From Planctomycetota bacterium (GTDB lineage Bacteria > Planctomycetota > B15-G4), in contig BQJR01000002.1 in the NCBI GenBank assembly GCA_021604805.1, positions 133,078-197,077 of the forward strand: DNA of 64,000 bases. The letters are read 5' to 3'. The notes below the pieces were generated by a model. The model did no database searches and was not told where the DNA came from. It saw only the letters and a list, made by a program, of their open reading frames with translations. Within the stretch, counting starts at the first letter, position 1; the number at the start of each line of letters is the position of its first letter. The position numbers and the translations under genes were made by a program. Shown here piece by piece: positions 39,532-49,030 of the stretch.

Positions 39532-39917
39532 CGTGGGGCTCCGTGAGTGAGGGATCCGGTTCGCGGAGCAAGAGCGCCGAAGACCTCGGAGTGTTAGCGA
39601 CGGATTCCCCGCCGGCGTGTGCGGGGACCGCGCGCTCCTGTCGCGCTCGACTGCAAAGGCCCTCGTGCTTGGGTGATTCAACCCACGCATCGCGGGTGGT
39701 GGCGAACCGCGCTCGTGATCCGCACGTAGCGCGCCGCCACGGGTGATCGACGCCTGGGCGGATCGGCCGAGACGGTGTAGTTTGAATCCTGCGATCTCGC
39801 GCCGCGCGGGATGGCAGGTCGATCCATCGCGCGACCGCGTCCCCGAAGGCGTGGTCCCTCTCCCCAAGTGGTCCGTCGGCTCGCGGCGTCGGCAGGCACC
39901 AAGCTGGAGTTCCCCCC

Positions 39918-42386
39918 TTGACGAAGACTCGTACGCCCACGCTCCGACACGCGCTGCAAGCGGCTGGCCTCGCGTTGTTCGGCGGCGCGCTCGCTGCCCC
40001 CGACTTGCAGGCCCAGCTCGACATCATCCCTGAGCAACCGATCCTGATTCAGGCGCTCCAAACCGGGAGCACGGAGATCTTCGCGGGGCGCTCCACCTTT
40101 GTGCGCGTGCCCGTCACGCTGGTGAACGCGGTGTCGACCCCGGTGCATGTCGACGGTCTGCTGCACGTCATCGTCGACGGCGTGGAACTGCCCGACTCCC
40201 CTTACTTCTCCGACAACGGCCCGTTCCCCGCCGGCAGCTTCGGCTCGCTCGGCGCCGAGGACTTCACGCTCAACTTCATCATCGTCCCGCCCGAGTCGGA
40301 CGACGTGGTGTTGCAAGTGGAGATCAACCCGCCGGGCCCGAGCTTCGTGGCCGAGGCGAACACGGCGAACAACGTCGTGACCACGCCCTCCTTCGAAATC
40401 GGGCGCCTCAACACAGTCACCATGGCCTACGCGCCGATCGACTACCGCCCGAGCGGCGGCCCCACGCCGAACCCGCCCGACAGCGATCTGATCAAGCCGG
40501 GCGTGGGCGACAACTTCGTGCAAGGCGTGTACCCCGGTGGCCGCATCGAGTACCGCCGCATCGACACGCCCACCAAGCTGTGGACGCAATCGGTGGCGGG
40601 CACGGGCAGCACGCTCAACAACTCGCTCGCCGGCGACCTGGCGCTCATGTCGCCGCAACCGAACTTCATCTACGGCTGGATCCCCGGGAGCATCCCCTAC
40701 AACGGGCAGGCGCTGCTCCCCGGCGTGGCGTCGATGGGCAACACGCAGCCGATCCGTCACCAACGCACCTACGCGCACGAGCTCGGCCACAACACGAACT
40801 TGTTCCACAACGGTTCACAAGCCGGCGAGGTCGGCGTGGACGTGGAACGGCACCTCAACATCACCGAGTCCTTGCCGCGCATCAAAGCTCCCACGCTCAA
40901 CGACATCATGGTGGCGGGGCAGCTCACGAACACCGCGTGGATCACGAACAGCAGCTACCAGAACTCGATCAACCACTTCGCGTGGGACCCGGGCACTGAC
41001 ACCGACACCGACGCCGCTCCCGAAGGCGAAGGCGCACGCTTGATCGTGTCGGGCATGTGGAACCGTGAGACGGGTGAGATCAGCATGGATCCGATCGTGG
41101 AGGTCAACAGCGGTCGTCTCACGCCGGCGGGGCTGGCTGGCAGCCGCGACCTCGTGCTGAGTGGTTCCGTGCGCGGCGAGACGGCGCGCGAGTTGCCACT
41201 CACCGTGCGCACCAGCCTCGACGAGTGCGAAGCCTGCCGCAACACAGCGGGCCTCGAAGCTGACACCGACTCGAACGGTTTCGCGCATCCGCTGGTGGGT
41301 TTCGTGGCCGTCATCCCGGCCACCAACGCCGCTGGCGAACGCCTCGACCAGCTCTCGATCGCGGGCCTGGGCACGCACCCGGCGCAGTCGCTCACGATCA
41401 CGCGCAGCGAGTCGGTGCCCACTGTGGCCTTCCGCACGCAAGCCAGCGAGATGCTCGTGGGCGACAATCTGCACCTCGCTTGGCAAGGCAGCGATGACGA
41501 CGGCGACGAGCTCAGCTACGTGCTGCGCTACGTGCCCGACGGCGACGCCCACATGGTGCCGCTGCTCAACAACAGCAGCGCCACCAGCTTCGACGTCGAC
41601 TTCTCACGCCTGCCGCAGTTCGTGGCCGGCAAGGGTTACTTCGAGTTGCTCGCCACCGACGGCCTCAACACCACGCGCACGCGCACCGAGCCGCTGCAAG
41701 GCAACGGCGCCTACGCGGGAGGCGGCGGCAACGCGCCCTTCGTGGAGATCTACCACCCCGACAACGGCTTCCGCTTCAAGCAAGGCGCGAACATCGTGCT
41801 GCACAGTTCGGGCTGGGACCTCGAGGACTTCGCGCTCGAAGGCGAGAGCATTCAATGGACGTCCGACGTGGACGGCGCGCTCGGCAGCGGGCGTCGCTTC
41901 ACGATCAACAGCCTCACGCCGGGCGTGCACCAGATCACGGTCACGGCCACCGACTCCGGCGGCCTGATGAGTTCGCGCACGCATGCGGTCGTGGTCAGCG
42001 CGCGCGACTTGCCCGACGTGGACCGCGTGGTCTGCTCGTCGGACATCGGCTTCGGCGGACCGGGCAACGCGCAACTCAGCCTGTGTGGCGGCGACCTCAC
42101 GGCCGGCGGCTCGGCCGAGCTGCTGCTCAGCGGCGCGGCGCCCAACTCGATGGCCTTCCTGGCGATCGGGCTGACCGCCAACCCCACGCCGCTCAAGGGT
42201 GGCACCTTCGTGCCGCTGCCCTACGCCACGCTCATGCCGGGCCTCACCGACGTGAACGGTGAGATCTCCACGCCGAACGTGATGAGCGTGGGTGGCCCGC
42301 TCGCCTTCTACGTGCAGTACGTCATCGCAGACGGCAGTCAGGCGGCCGGCTACGACTTCTCGAACGCTGTGTTCGTGGAGTTCTGA
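39918..42386 (+). CDS. Secreted metzincin-like zinc metalloprotease, paralog 1, with shared C-terminal domain
   Basis: TTG start and signal-like N-terminus (LQAAGLALFGGALAAPDLQAQ). HELGHNTNLFH (HExxHxxxxxH) at 40776-40808, followed by LNDIMVAG (a possible Met-turn). It is collinear with the downstream paralog along its whole length. Confidence 0.8.
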   Translation: MTKTRTPTLRHALQAAGLALFGGALAAPDLQAQLDIIPEQPILIQALQTGSTEIFAGRSTFVRVPVTLVNAVSTPVHVDGLLHVIVDGVELPDSPYFSDNGPFPAGSFGSLGAEDFTLNFIIVPPESDDVVLQVEINPPGPSFVAEANTANNVVTTPSFEIGRLNTVTMAYAPIDYRPSGGPTPNPPDSDLIKPGVGDNFVQGVYPGGRIEYRRIDTPTKLWTQSVAGTGSTLNNSLAGDLALMSPQPNFIYGWIPGSIPYNGQALLPGVASMGNTQPIRHQRTYAHELGHNTNLFHNGSQAGEVGVDVERHLNITESLPRIKAPTLNDIMVAGQLTNTAWITNSSYQNSINHFAWDPGTDTDTDAAPEGEGARLIVSGMWNRETGEISMDPIVEVNSGRLTPAGLAGSRDLVLSGSVRGETARELPLTVRTSLDECEACRNTAGLEADTDSNGFAHPLVGFVAVIPATNAAGERLDQLSIAGLGTHPAQSLTITRSESVPTVAFRTQASEMLVGDNLHLAWQGSDDDGDELSYVLRYVPDGDAHMVPLLNNSSATSFDVDFSRLPQFVAGKGYFELLATDGLNTTRTRTEPLQGNGAYAGGGGNAPFVEIYHPDNGFRFKQGANIVLHSSGWDLEDFALEGESIQWTSDVDGALGSGRRFTINSLTPGVHQITVTATDSGGLMSSRTHAVVVSARDLPDVDRVVCSSDIGFGGPGNAQLSLCGGDLTAGGSAELLLSGAAPNSMAFLAIGLTANPTPLKGGTFVPLPYATLMPGLTDVNGEISTPNVMSVGGPLAFYVQYVIADGSQAAGYDFSNAVFVEF

Positions 42387-42499
42387 GCCTCGCCCGTTGA
42401 ACCCGGCGCGGAGTCGGGACGCCCCCGACTCCGCGCCGCAGTCCCGCCGTCCCGATGTGCACGCTCCCTGCCGTTCCCGCCGCTGACCCCGAGGCTCTC

Positions 42500-44929
42500 A
42501 TGCGCTCCTTCACCGCTTCCCTGTTCGGCCTCGCGCTGACCTCCCTGATCGCCGCGCCGCTGAGCGCTCAGAGCATCGACTTCACCGTGTCCGACGTGGT
42601 GCTCGTGCAAGTGTTCCAGAACGGCAACACCGAACTCATCGCCGAGCGCCCGATGCAGCTGCGCGTGGGCGTGGACGTGCAGAACCAGACCAACCCCGTG
42701 AAGAAGATCGACGCCTTCGTGCGCGTGTTCGTGGACGGCGTGGAAGCCGCCGACTCGCCGATCTTCTCGAACAACGGCCCCTTCAACGCCACCGGCAACT
42801 TCCAGCCGAACCTCGGCGCCAGCTCGCTCAACTTCACCTACATCCCGCCGCTGTCGAACGACGTGGTCTTCCAAGTGGAGATCAACCCGCCGGGACCGAA
42901 CTTCGTGCCCGAAGCCGACACCGGGAACAACAGCTTCAGCACCGCGCCGCAACAGTTCCGCAACCAGGATCGACTCGAGTTGGCCTACGCGCCGATCGAC
43001 CTGCGTCCGGGCGGCGGCGGCACGCCGAACCTGCCGAACAACAACCTGATCAAACCGGGCGTGGGCGACAACTTCGTCCAAGGCATCTTGCCCACGGGCT
43101 CGATCGAGTACCGCCGCATCGACGCACCCTCGAAGCTCTGGACCGGCTCCGTGCAGGGCACAGGTTCCTCGCTGAACAGCTCACTCACGAACGACCTGTT
43201 CCTGATGAGCCCGCAGCCCGACTTCATCTACGGCTGGGTGCCCGGCTCGCTGCCCTACAACGGGCAAGCCTTCCTCAACGGCAAGGCGTCGATGGGCAAC
43301 ACCGAATCGATCCGTCATCAGCGCACCTACGCGCATGAGCTGGGTCACAACTTCGGGCTCGGGCACAACGGTGAGAACAACGGCAACTTCGGCCTCGACG
43401 TCGAGCAACACCTGTGGCTCACCGAAGGTCTCGGCAAGCAGAAGGCCGACTCGCTCAACGACATCATGGTGGCCGGGCAGCTGACCAACACCGCGTGGGT
43501 CTCGCCGAACACGTTCAACTTCATCAAGGGGCAGCCCGAGTTCACGCCCTCGCCGGCGCCGACTCCCGGTGACGAGGATCCGCCCGTCGACCGCGTGCTG
43601 ATCGGCGGCATCTGGAACCAGGAGACGGGCACGATCGCGCTCAACCCCGTGCTCGAAGTGCCGCGCACGACGCGCGGCAGCGAGCCGGCCGCGCTGGGCA
43701 CGCGCGACTTGCTCGTGCGCGCCTACGCCGGCGAACGGCTGGTGCGCGAGTTTCCGCTGAGCGCGCGCAGCACCGGCGATGCCTGCGTCGACGAGACGCA
43801 GCACTCCGACAACGACGCGCACATCGAAGCCGACCCGAACGTGGGCTTCGCGGCGCTGATCCCGGCGCGTGGCCTCGACGGCGCGCGCTACGAGCGCCTC
43901 GAACTCGTGAGCCTGGGTGCGCAGGCGCAGCCCGTCACGCTCACGCGCAGTGCCCACGCGCCGGAAGTGCGCTTCCTCACGCCGCGCGCGAAGGAGCCGC
44001 TCGGTGCGCAGGTGGAGGTCAGCTGGGAAGCCAGTGATGCCGACGGCGACGAGCTCTTCAGCACGCTGCGCTTCATCCCCGACGGCGACGACCACATCGT
44101 GCCGCTCGTCGTGCACAGCACCGAGACCTCGCACCACGTCGACCTGTCGCGCTTGCCGGACTTTCGCGCGGGCGCCGGCTACTTCGAGTTGCTCGTCACC
44201 GACGGGTTGCGCACCACGCGCGCGCGCAGCGCCCCGCTCGAGGGCAGCGGCGCCTTCGCGGGCGCCGGCGGCAACCCGCCCTTCGTGGAGATCTACCATC
44301 CCGACGACGGCTTCCAGTTCCGCAAGGGCATGAACGTGATCCTGCACAGCTCGGGCTGGGACCTCGAAGACCACCGTCTCGACGGCATGAGCATCGAGTG
44401 GAATTCGGATGTCGACGGCGTGCTCGGTCACGGACGCCGCTTCACGTACACCGACTTGAGCGTGGGTCCGCACGTGATCACCGTCACCGCCACCGACTCC
44501 GGCGGACAGATGACCTCGCGCAGCAACGCGATCATGATCAACGACCGCGACCTCCCCGAAACCGAGCCCGTGTTCTGCGCCACCGACCTCGGCTTCGGCG
44601 GACCGGGCAGCGCGCAACTGAGCTTGTGCGGCGGCGATCTCACCTCGGGCGGCACCGCCGAACTGCTGCTCACCGACGCGCCGGCGCTCACGCCCGCCTT
44701 CTTCGTGGTGGGCCTCAACAACAGCCCGGTCTTCGTGAAGGGCGGCACCGTGGTGCCCTTCCCGTACACCTCGCTGCTCACGCGCATGACGGACGCCGCA
44801 GGTGAGATCTCGAACTCCGGGATCACGAGCCCCGGCATCCCACTCACGATCTACGTGCAGTACGCCATCGTGGATGGAAGCCAGCCCGCGGGCTTCGGCT
44901 TCTCGAACGCGCTCGAAGTGGAGTTCTGA
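42500..44929 (+). CDS. Secreted metzincin-like zinc metalloprotease, paralog 2, with shared C-terminal domain
   Basis: ATG 42500 (MRSFTASLFGLALTSLIAAPLSAQS). HELGHNFGLGH at 43334-43366 is a perfect HExxHxxGxxH motif, followed by LNDIMVAG. Many blocks are identical to paralog 1 (LIKPGVGDNFVQG, IEYRRID, PYNGQA, HQRTYAHELGHN, YFELL.TDGL.TTR, PFVEIYHPD.GF). Confidence 0.85.
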   Translation: MRSFTASLFGLALTSLIAAPLSAQSIDFTVSDVVLVQVFQNGNTELIAERPMQLRVGVDVQNQTNPVKKIDAFVRVFVDGVEAADSPIFSNNGPFNATGNFQPNLGASSLNFTYIPPLSNDVVFQVEINPPGPNFVPEADTGNNSFSTAPQQFRNQDRLELAYAPIDLRPGGGGTPNLPNNNLIKPGVGDNFVQGILPTGSIEYRRIDAPSKLWTGSVQGTGSSLNSSLTNDLFLMSPQPDFIYGWVPGSLPYNGQAFLNGKASMGNTESIRHQRTYAHELGHNFGLGHNGENNGNFGLDVEQHLWLTEGLGKQKADSLNDIMVAGQLTNTAWVSPNTFNFIKGQPEFTPSPAPTPGDEDPPVDRVLIGGIWNQETGTIALNPVLEVPRTTRGSEPAALGTRDLLVRAYAGERLVREFPLSARSTGDACVDETQHSDNDAHIEADPNVGFAALIPARGLDGARYERLELVSLGAQAQPVTLTRSAHAPEVRFLTPRAKEPLGAQVEVSWEASDADGDELFSTLRFIPDGDDHIVPLVVHSTETSHHVDLSRLPDFRAGAGYFELLVTDGLRTTRARSAPLEGSGAFAGAGGNPPFVEIYHPDDGFQFRKGMNVILHSSGWDLEDHRLDGMSIEWNSDVDGVLGHGRRFTYTDLSVGPHVITVTATDSGGQMTSRSNAIMINDRDLPETEPVFCATDLGFGGPGSAQLSLCGGDLTSGGTAELLLTDAPALTPAFFVVGLNNSPVFVKGGTVVPFPYTSLLTRMTDAAGEISNSGITSPGIPLTIYVQYAIVDGSQPAGFGFSNALEVEF

Positions 44930-45030
44930 GCACGCAGCTCAGCGCGCGGGGCCGGCCTGAGCGTCACAGCGCGGAGAGCGGGGTATAGTCACCGGGAGCG
45001 CCCCCTTGCGCTGTCGACCCACCACCCGCC

Positions 45031-45639
45031 GTGCCACGCCGTGTCCGCGCCTCTCCTCACGCCACCGTTGCAGCCTTGAGTCCCTCGTCCGAACCTGTGA
45101 ACGGGAACGGCTCGAGCGATTCGCAGCCGTCGCAAACCGAGCTCCAAGAGCTCGTGCCGCAGCTGTATGAGGCGTTGCACGAGATCGCGGCGGCGCAGCT
45201 CTCGCGCGAGCGCGCGGGCCACACCTTGCAGGCCACGGCCTTGGCCCACGAGGCTTACCTGCGCTTGAGCACGCAGCATCAACCGCCCACCCACAGTCGC
45301 GAGCACTTGCTGGCGGCGGCTTCGGTGGTGATGCGTCGCGTGCTCGTGGATCACGCACGCGGCCGCGGCGCCAAGAAGCGCGGCGGCGACCGTTTGCGGG
45401 TGGAGTTCCACGAACCGTCGGCCGGCCTCAACCATGATGTCGACGTGTTGGATCTGCACGAGGCGCTCGAGAACCTCGAGAGCCTGAACCATCGCCAGGC
45501 GCGCGTGGTCGAGCTGCGGTACTACGGTGGCTTGAGTGGCGACGAGGTCGCGCGCGTGCTGGGCGTGTCGCCGCGCACCGTCGACAACGACTGGCGCGTG
45601 GCCCGCGCCTGGCTCGCCGCACGGCTCGACGGCGGATGA
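45031..45639 (+). CDS. ECF-type RNA polymerase sigma factor (kinase-associated type)
   Basis: LVPQLYEALHEIAAAQLSRERAGHTLQATALAHEAYLRL and a C-terminal HTH (RQARVVELRYYGGLSGDEVARVLGVSPRTVDNDWRVARAWL). The exact start is uncertain (GTG 45031). Confidence 0.8.
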   Translation: MPRRVRASPHATVAALSPSSEPVNGNGSSDSQPSQTELQELVPQLYEALHEIAAAQLSRERAGHTLQATALAHEAYLRLSTQHQPPTHSREHLLAAASVVMRRVLVDHARGRGAKKRGGDRLRVEFHEPSAGLNHDVDVLDLHEALENLESLNHRQARVVELRYYGGLSGDEVARVLGVSPRTVDNDWRVARAWLAARLDGG

Positions 45640-45640
45640 G

Positions 45641-48172
45641 ATGAGCTCCGGCGGCCTCAGCGCGCGTCACGAGCGAGTCGGCCAGATCTTCCTCGGCGCC
45701 GCGGAGCTCGAGGGCGAGGCGCGCGAGCGCTTCTTGCAAGAAGCCTGTGCCGACGACGCCACCCTGCGCGCCGACGTCGAGCTCATGCTGCGCCACGACG
45801 ACCCCACCGCCCTAGAGGGCGCGCGTCACCGGCGCGGCGTGCCGTCGGCGGCCTCGCTGCTCACCCCCCCCGACGACAGCACACCCAACGAACACGTGGA
45901 CGGCTTCGAGCTGCTGGAAGTGCTCGGCCACGGCAGCATGGGTGTGGTGTACCTCGCGCGTCAGCAGCATCCCGAGCGCGAGGTCGCGCTGAAGCTCTTG
46001 CACCCGAGCTTGCTGGGCAGCAGCGCGGCGAAACGCTTCACGCGCGAGGTCCAGTTCCTCGCGAAGCTGTCGCACCCGGGCATCGCGCAGATCTACGGCT
46101 CGGGCATGCACGCGAGCGAAACCGGCGAACGCCCGTACCTCGTGATGGAACACATCCGTGGGCTGCCGCTCACCGACTACGCGCGCGAAGCGCGGCTCGA
46201 CACCGTGGAACGCCTGCAGCTCGTGCGACGCGTGTGTGCAGCGGTGCAACACGCGCACGAACGCGGCGTGGTGCATCGCGACCTCAAGCCCGCGAACATC
46301 TTGGTCACCGAGTCGGGTCAACCCAAGTTGGTGGACTTCGGTGCGGCCGGCGCCATGGACATCTCGCGCCAGACACGCACGATGCTCACCGCCACCGGCG
46401 AGTGGATCGGCACGGTGGCGTACATGAGTCCGGAGCAGTGGGACGCGTCGCGGCACGGTGTCGACGAACGCGCCGACGTGTACGCGTTGGGCGTGATGCT
46501 CTACGAGCTGCTCTCGGGCAAGCAGCCGCACGACCTGGGCACGCGTTCGCTGCCCGAGGCGCTCAAACTGCTGCAGGAGAAGGAGCCCGAGCCGCTCTCG
46601 CGCATCGACCGACGCCTGGCCGGCGACATCGAGACCCTGGTGAACACCGCCATGGCCCGCGACCGGCGCAAGCGGTACGCGTCGGCGCGCGAACTCGCGC
46701 TCGACCTGCAGCGCTATCTCGAGGCCAAGCCACTCTCTGCGCGCCCGCCCGGCTTCGCGCAGGTGCTCGGTCAACGCATCCGTCGTCATCCGGTGTTCAG
46801 CGCGGTGCTCGCCAGCATGTTGATCGGCATCACGGCGTTCGCCTTCGTGCAGCGCGCCCACAGTGACGAGATCGCCAAAGAGCTGCAGCACACACGCCAG
46901 GTGTCGGAGTTCGTGGCGCGCTTCATCAAGTCGCAGCCCGACCAATACTTCGCCAGCGAGGAAACGGTGCAGCAGATGCTCGAGCGCGCCGAGGAGTTCG
47001 TCACGGAAGCGGCGGTGTCGCCGGTGGTCGAGGGCGGCTTCCGCGTGCTCGTGGGGAACGCCTACCGCATGCACGCGCCGACCAAGCTCGACGACGCGGA
47101 GCAGCACATCGCGCGCGGCGTGGAGCTGCTGGTGCAGGCGCACGGCGAACGCGACCGACGCAGCCTGCAGGCGCTGCTCGACCTGGTCACCTTGCAGATC
47201 GAACGCATGCGCTTCGAAGAAGCCGAGCAGCAACTCGCGCTGCTGGAGGCACGGCTCGTGGGCGCACCCGACGCTGCGGGCCTGCGCCTGCGTGCGGTGC
47301 ATCGGCGCGGCATGCTCGCTGAACGTCGCGGAGACACGGTGGCCATGCGCGCGGCCTACGAACGCGTGGCTCGGATCGGGCCGAGTGTCCTGCCGCTCGA
47401 CGACCGGGCTTTGCGCGACGCCATCCTGCGACTCGCAGAGCTCGACCTCGATCAGGACGGCCTGCAACGGGCCACAGAGTACGTGGCGCGTTGCGAAGCC
47501 GAGCTCGGCGAGGCACACCCCGTCACCCTGGGCACGCGCCTGGCTTGGGCCAACGTGCTGCGCGGACGCGGCCAACGCACCGGCGACACCAGCCTGCTCC
47601 ACGAGTCGCTGGCCCTGATCGAAGAGAACGCGCGCATGACGGACGCCCAGCTCGGCGCCTGCGCGCCGCGCGCCATCGAAGCCTGGATCGAAGTCGTGTC
47701 GCTGCACGCCGACCTGGGCGCCCTCGACCTGGCCGAGAGCGTGATGCGCGACCAGTTCGAGCGCTGCCCGAGCACGCCCGAGCGCACGCGCATCAGCGCC
47801 ATGCGGCACTGGACCCTCGGCAACTTGCTGCTGAGGCAGATGCTCGTGACCGAGGCGCACGAGGAGCTCGCTGCGGCCTACGCGCACTTGCCCGAGAACC
47901 CGGCCGACGACCCGCGCCTGCACGTGATCATCATCCTCGACATGGCACAGACCCTGCGCTCCACCGACCGCATCGACGCCGCCATCGAGCACCTGCGCGA
48001 GGCCCACGAGCTCACCACGCGCCTCATGGGCGAGGGACATCGCTACACGCAGCGCGTGTCTCGCCGACTCGAACGCTACGAAGCCGTGCTGGCCGGAGCC
48101 GTCGTCGAACCCAGCGACGCGACCTTGGAAGACCCCGAGCAGCTGAGCGCGAACGCGGACTCCGACAGCTGA
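45641..48172 (+). CDS. Ser/Thr protein kinase with C-terminal TPR-like repeats
   Basis: Starts at ATG 45641, 2 nt after the sigma stop (MSSGGLSARHERVGQIF). Kinase motifs GHGSMGVVY, VALKLL, HRDLKPANIL, DFG and YMSPEQ. A TM helix (VFSAVLASMLIGITAFAFV), then ~400 aa of helical repeats. Confidence 0.9.
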   Translation: MSSGGLSARHERVGQIFLGAAELEGEARERFLQEACADDATLRADVELMLRHDDPTALEGARHRRGVPSAASLLTPPDDSTPNEHVDGFELLEVLGHGSMGVVYLARQQHPEREVALKLLHPSLLGSSAAKRFTREVQFLAKLSHPGIAQIYGSGMHASETGERPYLVMEHIRGLPLTDYAREARLDTVERLQLVRRVCAAVQHAHERGVVHRDLKPANILVTESGQPKLVDFGAAGAMDISRQTRTMLTATGEWIGTVAYMSPEQWDASRHGVDERADVYALGVMLYELLSGKQPHDLGTRSLPEALKLLQEKEPEPLSRIDRRLAGDIETLVNTAMARDRRKRYASARELALDLQRYLEAKPLSARPPGFAQVLGQRIRRHPVFSAVLASMLIGITAFAFVQRAHSDEIAKELQHTRQVSEFVARFIKSQPDQYFASEETVQQMLERAEEFVTEAAVSPVVEGGFRVLVGNAYRMHAPTKLDDAEQHIARGVELLVQAHGERDRRSLQALLDLVTLQIERMRFEEAEQQLALLEARLVGAPDAAGLRLRAVHRRGMLAERRGDTVAMRAAYERVARIGPSVLPLDDRALRDAILRLAELDLDQDGLQRATEYVARCEAELGEAHPVTLGTRLAWANVLRGRGQRTGDTSLLHESLALIEENARMTDAQLGACAPRAIEAWIEVVSLHADLGALDLAESVMRDQFERCPSTPERTRISAMRHWTLGNLLLRQMLVTEAHEELAAAYAHLPENPADDPRLHVIIILDMAQTLRSTDRIDAAIEHLREAHELTTRLMGEGHRYTQRVSRRLERYEAVLAGAVVEPSDATLEDPEQLSANADSDS

Positions 48173-48256
48173 GCGCGCGCTCGCCGCGCCTGCGCACGCC
48201 CACGAAGTGCCCCCGCAGCTCTCGATCTTCCCCCCGGGCTTGCTAGCCTTGGGCGC

Positions 48257-49003
48257 ATGATGGCCAGCGCCTTCTCCGCCACCGCTCTGCTCGCCGCGGT
48301 GTGGGCTTTCCTCGCCGACGTCGACACCGGCTTGATGAGCACGCTGCGCAAGCTCTGCGTGTCGCCCGGAGCGCTGGTGCAACGCCAACTCGCCAAACGC
48401 GAGCACGTGTTCCGCGAACCCTTGCGACTGTTCGTGTTCGCGAACTTGGTGTTCTTCCTGATCGCGCCGAACGTGGGCCTGTTCACCTTCTCGCTCGACT
48501 CGCTCGAGGCGTCCAACAACGCCTACCCGGAGTTCACCACGCAGCAGCAGATCCAGCTCGAGATCAACCGCGAGATCTACGAAGAGCGCTTCAACAACCA
48601 CCTCACCTTCCGGCAACCGACCTTCGCCTTGCTGCTCGTGCCGATGCTGGCGCTACTGGCGAAGCTGCTCGACTGGCGCAGGCCCTACGGCGTGCACGTG
48701 ATGTTCGCGCTCTACGCCGTGAGTTGGATCCTGTTGAGTTGGCCGCTGATGTTGTGGTGCGTCGACACACTCACGCGCGTGTTCGAGTGGCACGACCCGG
48801 AGGTCGCTGGCCTGTCGAAACTCGTGCTGCTCGTCGGCGGCACGCTGCAGTGGTTCGTGCGCGCACAGTCCGGCGGCTACGCCAGAAAGCTCGGCCCCGC
48901 GCTGCTGCAAGGCGTGTTGCTCACGGCGAGCTGGGTGGCTGTGATGACCGCCTTCGCGCAGGTGATTTTTTGGCTGACGTACCTTCTGCTGCCCGGCAAC
49001 TGA
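48257..49003 (+). CDS. Hypothetical multi-pass membrane protein (DUF3667-like, tentative)
   Basis: 248 aa with four to five hydrophobic helices (LFVFANLVFFLIAP, FALLLVPMLALLA, MFALYAVSWILLSWPLMLW, LLTASWVAVMTAFAQVIFWL). Amino-acid composition looks normal. Confidence 0.65.
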   Translation: MMASAFSATALLAAVWAFLADVDTGLMSTLRKLCVSPGALVQRQLAKREHVFREPLRLFVFANLVFFLIAPNVGLFTFSLDSLEASNNAYPEFTTQQQIQLEINREIYEERFNNHLTFRQPTFALLLVPMLALLAKLLDWRRPYGVHVMFALYAVSWILLSWPLMLWCVDTLTRVFEWHDPEVAGLSKLVLLVGGTLQWFVRAQSGGYARKLGPALLQGVLLTASWVAVMTAFAQVIFWLTYLLLPGN

Positions 49004-49030
49004 ACGCCGCCGCACAACACCACGCCGTGC

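Noticed and set aside
39678-44617. Minus-strand ORFs 39678..40808 and 43181..44617 within the metzincin genes
   Set aside because: They are antisense to two mutually supporting paralogous genes and have a shadow composition.
45812-48616. 934-aa minus-strand ORF, the longest in its region
   Set aside because: It is fully antisense to the Ser/Thr kinase gene, which has clear kinase motifs. Its product is Arg/Ala/His/Gly/Val-rich with no recognisable motif. It is a typical high-GC shadow ORF.
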